Assembly (NCBI GenBank): GCA_038496445.1
Contig: JALMLS010000332.1
Location: forward strand, 238,168-302,167
Length of the DNA stretch: 64,000 nt
DNA from: Trichosphaerium sp. ATCC 40318
Lineage: Eukaryota > Protista > Tubulinea
Reading direction: 5' to 3'
Every line of letters starts with the position of its first letter. Position 1 is the first letter of the stretch. The translations under genes were made by a program, and so were the position numbers. This document shows, piece by piece, positions 39,920 through 53,642 of this stretch. The notes beneath the pieces are model-generated. The model was not told the origin of the DNA, searched no databases, and worked only from the letters and a program-made list of their open reading frames with translations.

Positions 39920-40244
39920 GAAATTTAGCACTTAATTTCGGACTTTATTGTTGATTAAACGGCACAACGAAACATTCTTGTTCAATACTATTAACTTCTA
40001 GCTATGAAGATTTTCTAAAATTCCACAGTTACTCACTGTGACGTACCTTGCTGGTGCTTCAATTAGGCAATATTGAGGTGCAGTTAAGCGAGTTTAAAAC
40101 GCTTGGCTTACCACCAATCATTATGATATTTGTTTTTGAATTTATTTGTACAATGTACAACACACGAAATCGTGTGTAGTTTTTCTTTTACCTTTCTTTT
40201 CGTACAAGCTTCAAGCAAAACCTTTTTTTTTTTCAATTTTGTGT

Positions 40245-43200
40245 TCACGTAGACTTTGCTGCATTGAACTGCTTCAATAGACGTATGAGCGTAGTTTCGC
40301 TTGCAACCCCTTTTTTTAAAGTCCCTGCAATAATATCACTATGCCTCATCATAAAATTAAAGCATGCTTGTTGAACACCGGCCAAATCATAAGTATCAGC
40401 AAAAGAAAGTAGTTCCCAAATATTTGACGCATTAACATTTTTACCAATACCAACAGTAAGCTCTGTATAAAATGTACCAAGGGATAAAAGATGAGAAACT
40501 TCAAACAGTCTTGCCCAGTCTGTATCAGATAGATCAAGCTTTAATGGCTCTGTACCAAGGTATATATACTGTAGAATTATTTTAAGCGTTGATGCTGCTA
40601 CCTACAAAAAATAAATAAGGACAAAAAAAAATGTGACACATGGTTTTACGAAAAATATGAGAATGTCAAAACAAAATGTCATAAAGTAGTAACGAAAAAT
40701 CACAATGATTACTAAACACGATTTGCGCTAACTACTTCAAAAAAAATGACGCCTTGAGCGTGTCACATGGCTTGTTGGCTGTCCATGTGCCCCAGAAGCT
40801 CCAATTTAACAAGAAAGTATAAGACGTACCTTAATTGACTTAAAATCAACAACACCTTTAATTTTTGAAAGTAAGTAAGGATTGTAAGCTAAAAGTGTTT
40901 GTTTTTACCATTTTGAGATTCCAGCATCTGATTCATAAACATGCCATTAAAATACTCACTCATAGACGCCAACACTATTTTATGTGCTTGAAGCGGTTCA
41001 TGATCTGTATCTTCAATAATAATAGACACATCAGATGTTTTTTTACGTAAATCATCTTCTAACAGCAACTTTTCAATCCCTAGTCAAAAACGTTAACCAA
41101 AAAACTCCAAACTTTCCAAGTACCAAAAAAAATAAATAAAATAATGTACCTCGAGAAAGTGTAGATGTCTTCTGTGCTTTTTCGAAAGGATTTTCAAGCT
41201 TTGATGGAGGTTTTTTGTTTTGTGCATTCTTGTCTATGCATTGTAAGTAACGTTTAAAAGAAAATCGATGGAACAAGCAACATACTGTCAAACTTATACC
41301 GGCGCCAATTTATATAGGCAGAAAGCTCTTCACTTGAATAATCCATATCGGCAACTGCGCTTTCTAAGCTTTGTAAGCTCCAAAAACCAGTGCATTGCTT
41401 AATAATCCTAATACATAAGATTGTTAACACATAATAGCATATAGGATCATTTAGTACCATTTACACTCCTCTGCTAACTCTATGAACTTGTACTCTTCTG
41501 CGATAGCATATAGTTTAAGTATTACCTTAATATTATTCAAGTCCTTCACCGGAATCTCATCTAGGATCGCTGTTACAAACATACCGCAAAAAACAACAAA
41601 AAAACATACCACAATAGCAGTATGTAAGCAAAGAAAGCCATAAGCTTTCGTCCAAATCAAATTTTTCTGGATTACTTTTAACAACATCAGCAAACGCTTC
41701 ATTCCTTGGGTTGATATAAGCTGTTTAAATGTCACGAGCATATAACGCACCTAGCACATAATAAAGCATAGTGAGCATGTATTGATTGTCCATCTTTAAT
41801 AGGTATAACAATATCAGCAAGATGAGGATTATTAAGCCACCTTGAAAACCTACAGTATCATTTATAAGTCTATCGTTAAAAAAATAGAATTCTAGCAGTA
41901 CGTGTTGGGTAAGATATGTTCACGAATCGACAGTAAAAATACAGAGCGTAATGATATATATTTGTGTGCATCGTTAAGCCCTATAGAGCATTAATAAACA
42001 TCAAAGAGGCTACAACTACTTATATACTTACCACCTAATAGATATACCTCATTACTAATTACAGCTGTAGCATGATAACAGCTTGGTTCTGGTAATGGTC
42101 CACGAACATGGATGGGTTGCCAGTTTTTTTTTAATGTATCGTACATATAGGTACTATTAGAGCATTTGACTTCGTCAAAACCTCCAACAAACACTATGAA
42201 CCGATGTCTGAGTACAGCAGCTAAGAATTTATTACTATGTCATTAAGAGGTCTTTAACAATTGATAAATATTGCTCGTGTTGAATTCCGCACCTTTCAGT
42301 CGATATACGGGTACAGGTTTCTCACCAGTTACATCAGGTTTCGTCCAAGTCGATGTAGCTAGAAGTATATTCAGTACAAACAGATGAGAAAGTAACTATA
42401 CGTGGATCAAATACAAAAATGTCATTGTAGCAACGTGTCCCGTCTCTACCGCCAAACAAATATAATTTACCATCAACCGCACAGGATGTATGTGCACTAT
42501 GCAGGTCAGTAAATCACCAACAAATATAATAGAGAGATATCCTTTAGCGAAAAAAAAAAAGAAGTTTTTACCTGCATTTAGGAGGTGCATTGCCTTCTTT
42601 AGTTTTTGCTGCACTCCAAGACTGAGTCTCTAAACAAGGGAAAAATAAGTACAAAAAAGATATTTCTTCCGTATAGTCAGAAAGCAAAAATCCACAAAAT
42701 AAAAAAAAATAACGACATTACAGTACCAGTGTCAAATATGAACATATCATTCAGCAAACTAGATCCATCGTATCCACCATAAATATAGATATTTTTACCA
42801 ATTACAGCAGCAGAGTGAGAGTTCCTAGGTTTTGGTGTAGGACCACTAGCCAATACAGTTTCCCATTTATGTTGTTCTAAATGCGAAAACCTGAGTAAGT
42901 TACTGTAAAAAACCGGGCAACGTTTTTAGTTTTTATTTGATTTAACGACGCGAACTTTTACTGAAACGTACGTGTATCAAACACATGTAAGTCATTAAAG
43001 CGCCGTTTGCGACCTTGTCCGCCGAATATGTATATTTTAGTTCCTACCACTGACGCAGAGTGGCATCCACGCGGTGGGGGCCTTGGTCCTGTCATTTTCG
43101 GCCGTTTCCACTGCTTTTTTTCTTTAATGAGTGAGCTGAGTGGAAAGTGGAGCAAGGAGCTTTTGCGTACGCGCTTGTAAGTAGTATATGTCGTTTGTAT

Positions 43201-43381
43201 ACCTGTGCGACCCATCATACCCACCAAACAAATATATGTTCCCGTTAACGACCGAAGCTGAGTGGTAGCCCATTGGTTGAGGGCACTTGGCAAATAATCA
43301 GAGAGAACTTGTAAATTAACGTACATCTTCTCTAGGAAGCTTCACTTCCTTCCATTCCATACGTAAGTATGATGTTTCCAT
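40245..43381 (-). CDS. Kelch-repeat + tandem BTB protein (LZTR1-like architecture)
   Basis: Repeated PRxxHSAxxxxxxIYIFGG motifs; HKAIMCARC and HKIVLASMSEYFNGMF BTB signatures. Confidence 0.9.
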
Positions 43382-43716
43382 ATTTTAAAGTCCTGTACTT
43401 TTTGACGAGTTCGTCTTTGTAGACCGTATTAGTTATCACGCATCCGTTAACGCCTGTTAAGAATTGAATAATCTATTAAGGCGTCAATAACTAAACAGTC
43501 GAACGGATTCATTTACCTGAAAAGGAAACTATCGCGAGCTTATCACGCAATGTACTGTCGAGAAAGTGCATAGCTCTTCAGACAGAAAGGTAAGCTTAAA
43601 AGTTGCCAAAAAGTCAACTTATTTCACGCTTATTGGGTATTTGTGCCTGGTTTACGGTTCTCTTCGTGCAAGCACCAGCAAATTATACCTTGGAAGCTAT
43701 TAAGTGGTTTTTGTAA

Positions 43717-46700
43717 ATGGGTAACAAAAAACGAGCTGCTTTATTTGGTTTAGCTTAATAGAATAGCAGGTCTGTATCGCGGTATAGTGTGTACATTGTT
43801 TGTTGCGGTTTTAGTGCCATTTGTATATTCACAAGCAGAACCACAAACAACACAACCAGTACCTCCTAATGTTTTTGGGGGCAGTGATGCGCGAGCTGTG
43901 GCGAGTGATGGTGCAGTACATGTTTTGGTGGGAGACTTTGACTTTGGTACGGTTTATAGCTTTTGTTAGTAGCTAATGGTACTAGCTGAGGTAATCAATG
44001 GCGAAATACGAAACGTATTCAAGGGCGAAAAATCCCGGCCGTATATAGGCGCAGAAGTTGTTGAAACAGACATTGGGCCTCAAACCGTCCTATTCAAGTT
44101 TGCCGCTTCCGGTGAATTTGGTATTACGATCGACTTAACCATTAATGGAACTGTGCAACTTGCTGATCATACAAAATTAAGTGATGGTCCAGATGTTATT
44201 ACGGATTCGTGGAACATTATCTCTACTACTAGTGGTCTTCGTAGTAGCACCTTACGAATTCAACTATCAACACATAAATTATCAAGTGACAAATTCCTTT
44301 TGACGACAGAGGCAGCCATTATTCTTCTTGACTTTAGTCAAACAACTGTCACTCCTACTACAATATATGAAGTTACGCCTCCTTTAAGTATTATTAAGAC
44401 AATAGTTACATCTACATCGGAGACAAAGTTGATTTATGGTGCGTTATAATGCTGTTAGTTTCTAATCTAACTTTTTTTGACAGGTCAGTCTTCATTGGGT
44501 GACACAATGTTTACAGAGTGAGTGTTTTCTTTTTTTTTTTTGTTTAATACTTAATTTTCAAAAACAAAGGCTTGTATTCAACGGTACAGATTGGACACCT
44601 TCGCTACCAGTATTGTTGGAAAATTGCGCAATTATTGATCAACTATTACCGTTTACTGATGGCAATGGCGAAGAGTTCATTATTGCTGGTTGTACAGGTG
44701 ACACTTCGAACGCTGATTTTATTGTGTGGTACCTCCTATTTTTGCAACATTTTCTCGTTAATTATATCCAGTAGTTAATATTAACTTTTTCTTAAAAGGC
44801 TAGACGCCAGTAACCTGACAATGGAAGTGGAAAGATATACATTACCAAATGATACTGAACTATCCACTATTACAACTGCTAACAATTATCTGCGTACTGG
44901 CCCAGGTTTGTATTATGGTACGAGCGTTTAACATTATATTCTTTAATTGGCTTATTTCTTATCGCACAATTTTAGCTTTTACTTCTTCTGGTGGTTTTGC
45001 TGAAATTCACCAACTTAATCGTGCAGCTAGTAAAAGAGTACTTAATAGTGCTAACCTCCTAACTACAAACTTTGAAAGAATGGGTCCATGTACGTTCTTT
45101 TAATTCATACGTTTACTCCACGCGCATGAAATAAATCAAATATATCTGTTTTATTGAATGATAGTCCATGAAAATACGGACACGTGTCCTAGCACTAAGC
45201 CTTTTTCTCTTTCAATAACCTAATGTTGTTTTTGTTAGTTATTTTTACTGATCTGGATAATGATGGAAACGAAGATATTTTCAGTGCTGGAACAGTCAAC
45301 GGTGCAGTAGTACCGCTGGTAGATATTACAATCCCTCCAGCTGTACCAACGACTTCTCCACCCACGACCGCTCCACCTACAACTTCTCCACCAACGACTT
45401 CTGCTCCAACAACGGCACCACCTACAACGTCTCCACCAACAACGTCTCCTACAACTTCTCCTCCTACAACTTCTCCTACGACTCCTACAACTGCTTCTCC
45501 ACCTGGGACTGTTATTGCTCCTGTTGGCCCTAGTAACCCTTCAAATCCTTCAAATCCTTCTACGCCGTCAGAAGCTACAGTAATAGGAGAGGAACCTAGC
45601 GAGCCAGCATTATTTATTTTCATTATTATCCCACTTGTAGTTATGGCTGTGTTGTTGGTGATTATTATCATAATCATTCTCATTGTTCAAAAAAGGCAAC
45701 GAAGAAGACGTGAAATTACTTCTAGTGCATCAATTGATGATAATAACAGTGTACAGCTCATTGATAACGGTAAATATGGCGCCATTTCAGCTAGAGGTAG
45801 AGTGAAACTATTTTTTTTTTAAAACTAGTGATTGGTATCTAACAACGATGTTTAGAGCCAGAAAACAGTATGCATAAAACAAGATCTCAATTGAGTATCA
45901 CGGGAAACAACGTGATTATATCAAATGCTATCACTACACAACGTAAGGACGAATGGCTTATTCCTTTTGAGGATCTTGAGTTCCAAGATGTGCGTTTTGC
46001 TGGTTTTTTTTTCTTTGTTGTTAACTTATTATCAATAGCGTCTTGGTGCTGGTGCATACGGTGTAGTATCTAAGGGTAAATGGAATGGATCTACTGTTGC
46101 CATAAAACAGAGTACTATTGTATCAATAGTAGAGGAGGATCTTGCTGGACTTCGTGAAGAGGCAGCCCTTATGATGTACACTGTTTATTATAACTCCTTG
46201 TATACTAACACCTACTAGTAATATGCAGCCACATCCGAATGTAGTACAGGTATTTATTCTATAACCATTAGCTTGCTTACGGAGCATAGATTCTTGGTAT
46301 TTCTGTTCATGACTCAAACTTTTTTATGATTCTTGAGTTTTGCTCAGGAGGAAGTTTGGATAAATTTATTTCTAAACTCGGACCTGGATTCACTCCAAAG
46401 AGGTTCTCTTTGCTTCTTGGTATCGTCCAAGGCATGATCCACCTTCACAATAAAAATATCGTACACAGGTATGCTATTTTAGGACTTTTATAAGTTTGCA
46501 CCGACTTAACAAGGGTTTTTTTTCAGAGATTTGGCTGCCAGGAATGTATTGATTTCTCAAGAAAGCGACACTCTCAAGCCAAAAATAAGTGGTATGTTGT
46601 TTAACTAGAGGTTGATTATTTTGATTCTGACCTTTGTTAGATTTTGGTATGAGTCGTATACTTACAGATCATGGTAAAGAGGGTATTACAGATACCAATA

Positions 46701-47247
46701 TTGGTAAGTGGCGAAAAACTGTTGGCTAAATGCTTGCGTTCAACCTTTTTTTTGTATGTCTGCTTATGTTTTCCGTTTGTAGGTCCTGTAAAATGGATGG
46801 CACCTGAGTGTATTTCTCACCAAACATATTCCAAAGCATCTGATGCTTGGACATTTGGTAGTATTGTTTTCGAAGTGATGGTAAGTGATTGAAATGAATT
46901 TCAAATTTTTTTGGGTTATTCCGTTTTCAAACATTGTTAGGCCGCGAAAGAGCCTCACGAGAGTATGGATAATTTAACTGCTGCAATTGAAATTCGTGAT
47001 AACCAGCTTTGTGAAACGTTACCTGATTTTACGCCTGTATTCTTACAAGAGCTTTGCTACAATATGTTGTGGGTACGTCATAAAAACAAAACTTTATCAC
47101 TCTCACAAGCCTTTATTGCTTCTACAACCCAGTGTTTTAAACTAACTTCTTTTTAAGCTCCCTGATCCAAAGAAGAGACCAACTTTTGTCCAAATAAGGA
47201 AGTATTTAACTTCTTACACTAAGGATGTTAACAATGGTACATTGTAA
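43717..47247 (+). CDS. Single-pass receptor tyrosine kinase(-like) with Pro/Thr-rich stalk
   Basis: ATGG micro-exon, signal peptide, TTSPP repeats, TM helix, then GAGAYG, VAIK, HRDLAARN, DFGMSR and GPVKWMAPE. Confidence 0.92.
45346..45502 (+). repeat. Coding tandem repeat (PTTSP/PTTAP, ~15-nt unit)
   Basis: About 10 degenerate copies encoding a mucin-like stalk. Confidence 0.9.
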
Positions 47248-47577
47248 ATGTTCGAAAAAAAAAAAACCCAAGTTGGTTTTTTTTTGTTATCTTGCCTTGT
47301 TAGAGATCTGCAAGGCTTGTATTTATTTAAATAATAAACGTGATCTTCTTTTGTAAAACTATCCAATAAGTTACATACGCCATATAACGAAATAACCGGT
47401 TCACAACCGGTCGTATTAATGTTTGTTTGTGTTTAGGTACTTTCGGAATATTAAAACTTCGAAGTAAAGCTTAAGTTTTTTAGGTTTTTAAAACTCCTTT
47501 TTTAACTCATTAAACGCAGCATCATCTGCTTTTGGGTGGAAACGTACTAATAATATTAACTTGAGAGAGGAAGAACG

Positions 47578-50500
47578 ATGACACGCGTGTACGTTGTTGG
47601 TACGCTAAAAATAACGAGAATGTTTTGCGTTTGTTTTATTGTATTCGCTTCTATGCCTGGTCTCTTTCTTTTGCGTTTTAATACCCTTCCGCCAGTTGAT
47701 TTATTATTGGCGTGTTAACACATAATTAGCGCTTCTAGTTTGCATTTTCCACTTGTATACGAGCTATGCTCTTAAAAATGGAACTACTATCGTATTGGGC
47801 CTAAGCTATCCACAAAACTCTACGCTTAGCTTTTGGGTACAATACTATAGTTTTAAACCCATCATATTCGTTGCTGACAAAATATAAGAATGCCAGAGGT
47901 TATGCTCAGTTCAAAGGCGTTGAATTCTGGGCAAATCGTGTCAACGCTGCAGGAGGCATCAGAGTCGCTGGTACCAACTACTCCGTACGTGTTCAACTTG
48001 ACACGGAGTTACGAGAACTTACGTGCCGTTTTGTAGGTAGAACTTCGGGCTCTTTTCGATGACGCAGTCGCAGAGAACGTTACAGCGAATTATAGACAAC
48101 TAGTAGAAGATCCAGAGGTCGACTACTTGTTCGGTACAGCTACTCGATCAATCTGTTTTTTGTAGACTTATTGTTTAAAGGTCCTGTTGGCTCTGTAATG
48201 AGTTTAAAAGTAGCTGAAGTTACTGAACCGGCAGAAAAGCTTCTAATGGGGATTTCTGTATCCAATGATAATTTCTCTCAGATCGGGAAACATAGTTTCA
48301 GTATACTACCACAAACCTCCAGGTACATGCTTGTTGTTTGGCCTAAGGGAGATTTCGTTTCACTTGGTTTTTTTTTTTTATGACTATTATCCATCTTACT
48401 CTTCTCTAAGGTTTTCTCATGTAACTATGCCATTTTTCCGGACTCAGAGGTTTACTACTGCTACGTATTTAATTAAGGATGACCAAGGGAAACTGGCTTG
48501 TGAAGGATTTGATGAGATTGTACGTTAACCTCAAAGCGTTTTGTTCCACATTTATAATCTTACTCAAAAAAACATCAAAGGGAAACGAGAATGGAATACA
48601 GAACATCACTACATTCTATATTGATAGTGTGGATACTCTAAACCACGAACAAAACTGGACAGAGACATTGAACGTAAGAGCAACATCAAATAGACCAGCC
48701 TAATGAGCGAAAGCATTAGCCACTTTGTTTCTGAGTTTGCTAGCTTAGCTTATTATTTAGGGTATTATTCAAACAGATAGCGATATTCTTTTTAGTTGTG
48801 GATCCGCTCCACAAGAAGCATTCGCATTCATGTTACCAATAATGAAATCACGTGATTGGATACCAAAGTCAATAGTCGTCATGCCTTTTTTGTACAATGA
48901 GTTCGATCCTGAGTTACGACCATACATATCTGGCGTTAGAGGAGTACGTTTTTACAAAGACACTTTTTTTTTTTCCTTCCTTTGTTTGGTTAAAATTGAC
49001 TCATTGGTTTTAGCCCGGCCTTAACTCAAGAAGAGTGGGCGATTTTTATGGCACAATGAAGGATTTCAGTGTTATGTTTCAAAGTGTTTATCCTGAAATA
49101 GAAAGTTCAGGCCATGTAATTGCAGCGAATGGTGCAATGAGTGCTACAATATTACAACAAGCTTTAGAGGTAATATGGTAGTTTGGCTTGCTTCGAGTAT
49201 TTAAGATAGTTTTAGGGTGCTGACAGTACAGCAACAAATGATGTTATCAATTCGTTGAAGAAATTAGATTTGAACACATATCTTGGAAGGGTACGTTCAT
49301 CCAGATACATCAAAGGTTTTTTCTTATTTTTTTCGTAGATACGGTATTCTCCTAAAAATGAGCAATTATCAGATGGAGTCATGTCTCAACTTATCAATGG
49401 GTCAGAAGAGGTTGTAGGACCGCTATTAAGCGCTTCGTATGATTTAGTGATACCAATGCCAACTTGGAAAGAACGTGTTTTTAAAGAAACTTTTGGTATG
49501 TTATTTACTTGTTTGGCTTGTCTTGCTTATTAAATTTAGGCGAAAGCACATATGAATGGGTAATAGTGGCTATAGTGGCTGCGGCGTTTGTTCTCACATT
49601 TGTATTTGGGGTATACATTATTGTCTACAAAGACAGCCTCAAGTGTGAGTTTGAATTTACATTAACTATTGTATTTATTTTTGCTTTTTAGACTCCTCAC
49701 CTCTTTTCATGCTGGGTATTCTTATCGGAGCGAACTTGATTTACTTCAGTACTCTATTTGGGACACCAAACAATAGTCAAACATTCGCTTGTCATATACA
49801 CAATTGGTTGTTTTTCTTGGGAATCAACTTGATGTTTGGGTAACTCTATTTTTGAAAACTGCTTCTCTGTTTTCTTACTCTTTCCTAAGGTGTTTGTTTG
49901 CTAAATCGTGGCGTGTGTACTATATTTATAGAGCAGCAAAAACACTTGAACCTATAAGAGTAAGTGATCTTCAAGTTGCCACTTACGTTGGTGTCTTTTG
50001 CTCCGTTTGCATCGTATCCTTCTTCCTGCTTTTTTCTTGTTTTATTTGTTTTATCTTGTTGTTTTCCTTCATTCGTTCAGGTATTATGTATTGCTTTCAG
50101 TGCTGTACTTGAACCATCGAAATATGTTGTTGTGGATCCGTACCGTATCTCGAAGAACTATTATGAGTGTGAGTTATCAACAGCTGGACATGTTGTGCTT
50201 GGCATTCAACATTTTACAATTGTAAGTTTTTGTTTTTTTCTCTTTTCGCTCCTTTTCCTCCAGTTGCAAGTTTACCATCATCTTATTCTATTGCTAGATC
50301 GTCACTATGCTTATCGGTACAGTGACAGCATTTCTTCTCCGTAAAGTACCTTTGAATGTCTTCAATGAAGCCAAGGTGATCGGATACTCAATCTACAACA
50401 TGACTCTATTTACAGTTGTTGCAACAATATCATTCTATACAATCACTTCACCAAGTGCCAGAGAACAGAAGTTTGCGATCCATTCCATTTGTGCCATTCT

Positions 50501-50766
50501 TAGTGCAGGTACTGCTCTTCATTTAGCCCTTCTGATTATCTTCTCTGACAACACAAAACATAGGTATTTGTGTTCTTGCAATGTTTGTTCTTGATAATTC
50601 GAAAGAAGCAACAAAAAAGAAAAACAACCACATCAATTCAGTACAATCCCTCGATTCACAACTTGATGACATGGACGATGAAAAACGTGTGGCATCAATA
50701 GAGGCTCAGATAGAACATCTAAAAGGTCTAATAGAGAATGTAAAAGAGAGTAAAAGCCCAAAGTAA
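47578..50766 (+). CDS. Family C (GABA-B/Grl-like) GPCR, paralogue B
   Basis: Same exon structure and motifs as 17929-21004 in opposite orientation. Confidence 0.9.
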
Positions 50767-51054
50767 AGTAATAAACTCATTAAATTGTAACCTTAAAAAA
50801 CAAATATTTCAGTATCGAGCACGGCAACGAAAGTCAGTGTAACCCGATTATCACACGCTATACTGCCGGCAGCATGTCGGTTAGGAATCTTGCTAGTTCA
50901 CTTATTGAACCACTAAAGTCCACTTGGACAAGTGTTTTTCAATCACGTGATGTTTAGACATTCGCCAAAAAAGTGGAATGTGGCCATTTCCACAGTGTAC
51001 TTGCCTCAAAAGTTGCAAGTCAAATCCAAAAAATAGTACAGTAGTAGTTTAAGT

Positions 51055-51824
51055 TTATTTATCACATACAAAGCAACGCTGTAAATTAGTACAGTTCACT
51101 ATTTGTGCATCATTATTAATAGTAAAGCCGTCTATTTGTACTTTACAACTTGATGTCCATACAAGGATGTAAGAGCACAATGTAACAATAGTAAATAATG
51201 CCATTAAAAGAACAGCTGTTATATAAAACAGTGCACCTCCTTTACGTCTAGTACAATTGCAGTCCTCTTTTATCATTAGACTTCTATTACTTGTTCTAGT
51301 TGGTGTAGGTGTATCTCTGTCGTATCCTTCAAAACCAGACCTCTCCTGGTAGCATGCAATAGCAGACAAACCAAGAAGAAGTCTCAGAAAGAAAAAGAAC
51401 CCTGTTAGTATAGCTAGTACTTCTTCTGCGTCAGATGAACGTAGTTTCATTGTAAATAGTACAATTGAGAAGCAGACAAAGAAGAACACAGCGAAAAAGT
51501 CGTGTACGACTAAGAAGAGCACTTGTCGCCTAAAGAAAAACGTTAGACGCCACTTAAAGCTTCTTAAATAGATATCAGTACAAACGCGTCAAAAACGTAC
51601 CAGTCTGCTTTTGAAACGGAAAAGGGAGCGTTCAGGAACGCTAGAGCTATCAAATACGCTGCCGTTGCAATTACAGCTAGTTCTCCCTCGAATTCTGTGT
51701 GCGCATATACCTCTCGTATGTGGAACACTTCTGTAACTAGTACAAGGACTAGTATTGTAGAAATATTATTTATAGCAGCTATGGAGTCTGAGAACTTAAA
51801 TCTACCGATCACGCGTTCTCCCAT
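51055..51824 (-). CDS. Multi-pass membrane protein, unknown function
   Basis: Two exons, about 5 hydrophobic helices, Cys-rich C-terminus. Confidence 0.7.
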
Positions 51825-52175
51825 GCTTGAATTACACCCTTGTGATTATGTTGTCAGAAATTACGATAATAACAGTAGAATATTGTAATCAACGTTGCTA
51901 TGTACTACCGTAGCGCTTGAGACAACGTTTACGCAATTCAAATACTTAGAGAGAAGGAAGATAACAAACTAAGTATGGAAATGCTAGAAATACGTTTTGA
52001 TTGCGTAATTCAGTGGTTTGGGGTGGAATCGAACAATTACGTACTGTTTTTTAGTTAATTAATAATATAATAGATAAAACGCAGTGATTAGCCTGTACAA
52101 GTACTGGGGAGCTTTTTCGAATGTTGTATTGACTATGCTTGACATTACACTATTGTTCGAATCTACTGCTGTTAA

Positions 52176-53471
52176 ATGTCATTTTACGACCCCAACCGCA
52201 TAAACAAACAAAAGGCCTATGTTCTACCAGATAATTACTTGCCAGTTGAACATGTAAAGAACCCTGCTAATAACGCTGACGTGTGGCTCGTTGGTACCAA
52301 CCACATTGATCCCCTCTCAGTAGAAAACGTCATTCAGGTGCGTTTAGAATAAAACGTAATAAAAGCTCATTACATCAAGGTAATACGCGCAATAAACCCA
52401 AAAATGGTGTTTATTGAGTGCCCAGCGGGAATGGCAAGTTTTTTCGTACAACACAAGACAGTACGTAAACAGATTGCTTGGTTACACTAACACCTGTAGT
52501 GGCCACCAGTGGAGCCACGTTTACAATGGCAGATTCCACTTACGTCATTAAGCTATTGTTTCTTCTACCAAACAGCTATACGAGCACGTCATCCATGCTA
52601 GGCGTATAAACTAACTCTTCTAGACTGGCAACCTTGGTGGAGAGTTCAGAGCAGCAGTTGAGGAAGCGTACAAACGCGGAATTTCTTTCAGAGGGATGGA
52701 CCGCGACAGTACGATTTTTTTGAAGCCCATAAGAGGTTAACAGAGAAAAGGAGATATTACAAGTGAACGTTTATGGAGTTCAGCAAAGATCAACCAATCT
52801 CTTAAGTTTCTTAAACCGCAAACAGGTATTTTTGGACCGATTTCATTTGGTGAAAGGTGTGTGAATATCTTGCATCGATACCACGAGTTAAGTGGTATTA
52901 AACACTTCTTAGGTATGGATTACAGTGGCCTACAGTTAATGATTGGCGTATTTGTCGCTTTGGAGCGATCCATGCTGACCCAAACCATATTAATGATTTA
53001 TCTCTTGGCGACGAGAATCTTAAACAAATACCTTCTATATCAAGGCCTTGGGTATGGGAAAGAGATCGATATATGGCTAGCGTGATACGTGGTTGTAAAG
53101 AAGATAAGATTGTTGCTATTTGTGGTGCATTACATGTTCCTGGTATAAAGAGAGCTATAGAAAAAGACAAGATTCCTGTTAAGAAGGTGCAAGCAGAGTT
53201 GAATGAACTACCGAGTTCATCAACTGCAAAAATGTTTAATATGTTCAAAATTGGATGTATCATATCAACACCTATACTTGTATTAAGTTATGGGTTAAAA
53301 AAATTAACAACAAAGTTTCCAGTAGTTGGACGTTTGGGTACGCCTTTTTTTTGTTTTCAAATGAAGAATCAACTTTTTTTGTTTACCTTTTTCTTGTTAG
53401 CTGTTGTATCTGTATCATCCTTTATATTATGGAGGCTTTGCTTAAATAGTAAAAGAAAAACTCTTATGTAA
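52176..53471 (+). CDS. TraB-domain protein with C-terminal TM segments
   Basis: VWLVGTNHID, PKMVFIE, GGEFRAAVEEA, ERDRYMA and VAICGALHVPGI. Confidence 0.88.
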
Positions 53472-53642
53472 CTATCCGAGCAAATTTTACATTCTCTGGG
53501 AGGAACAACATGTTCAACGATTGTAAATATGAATAAAAAACAAATGTAAAAAAGTTCCGAGACATCCAGACTGAACGTAGTTTATTTAAGCAAAGTGTTG
53601 CTCGGATTAAGGTTAATAGCATAGTTATTACATGTGATTCAT

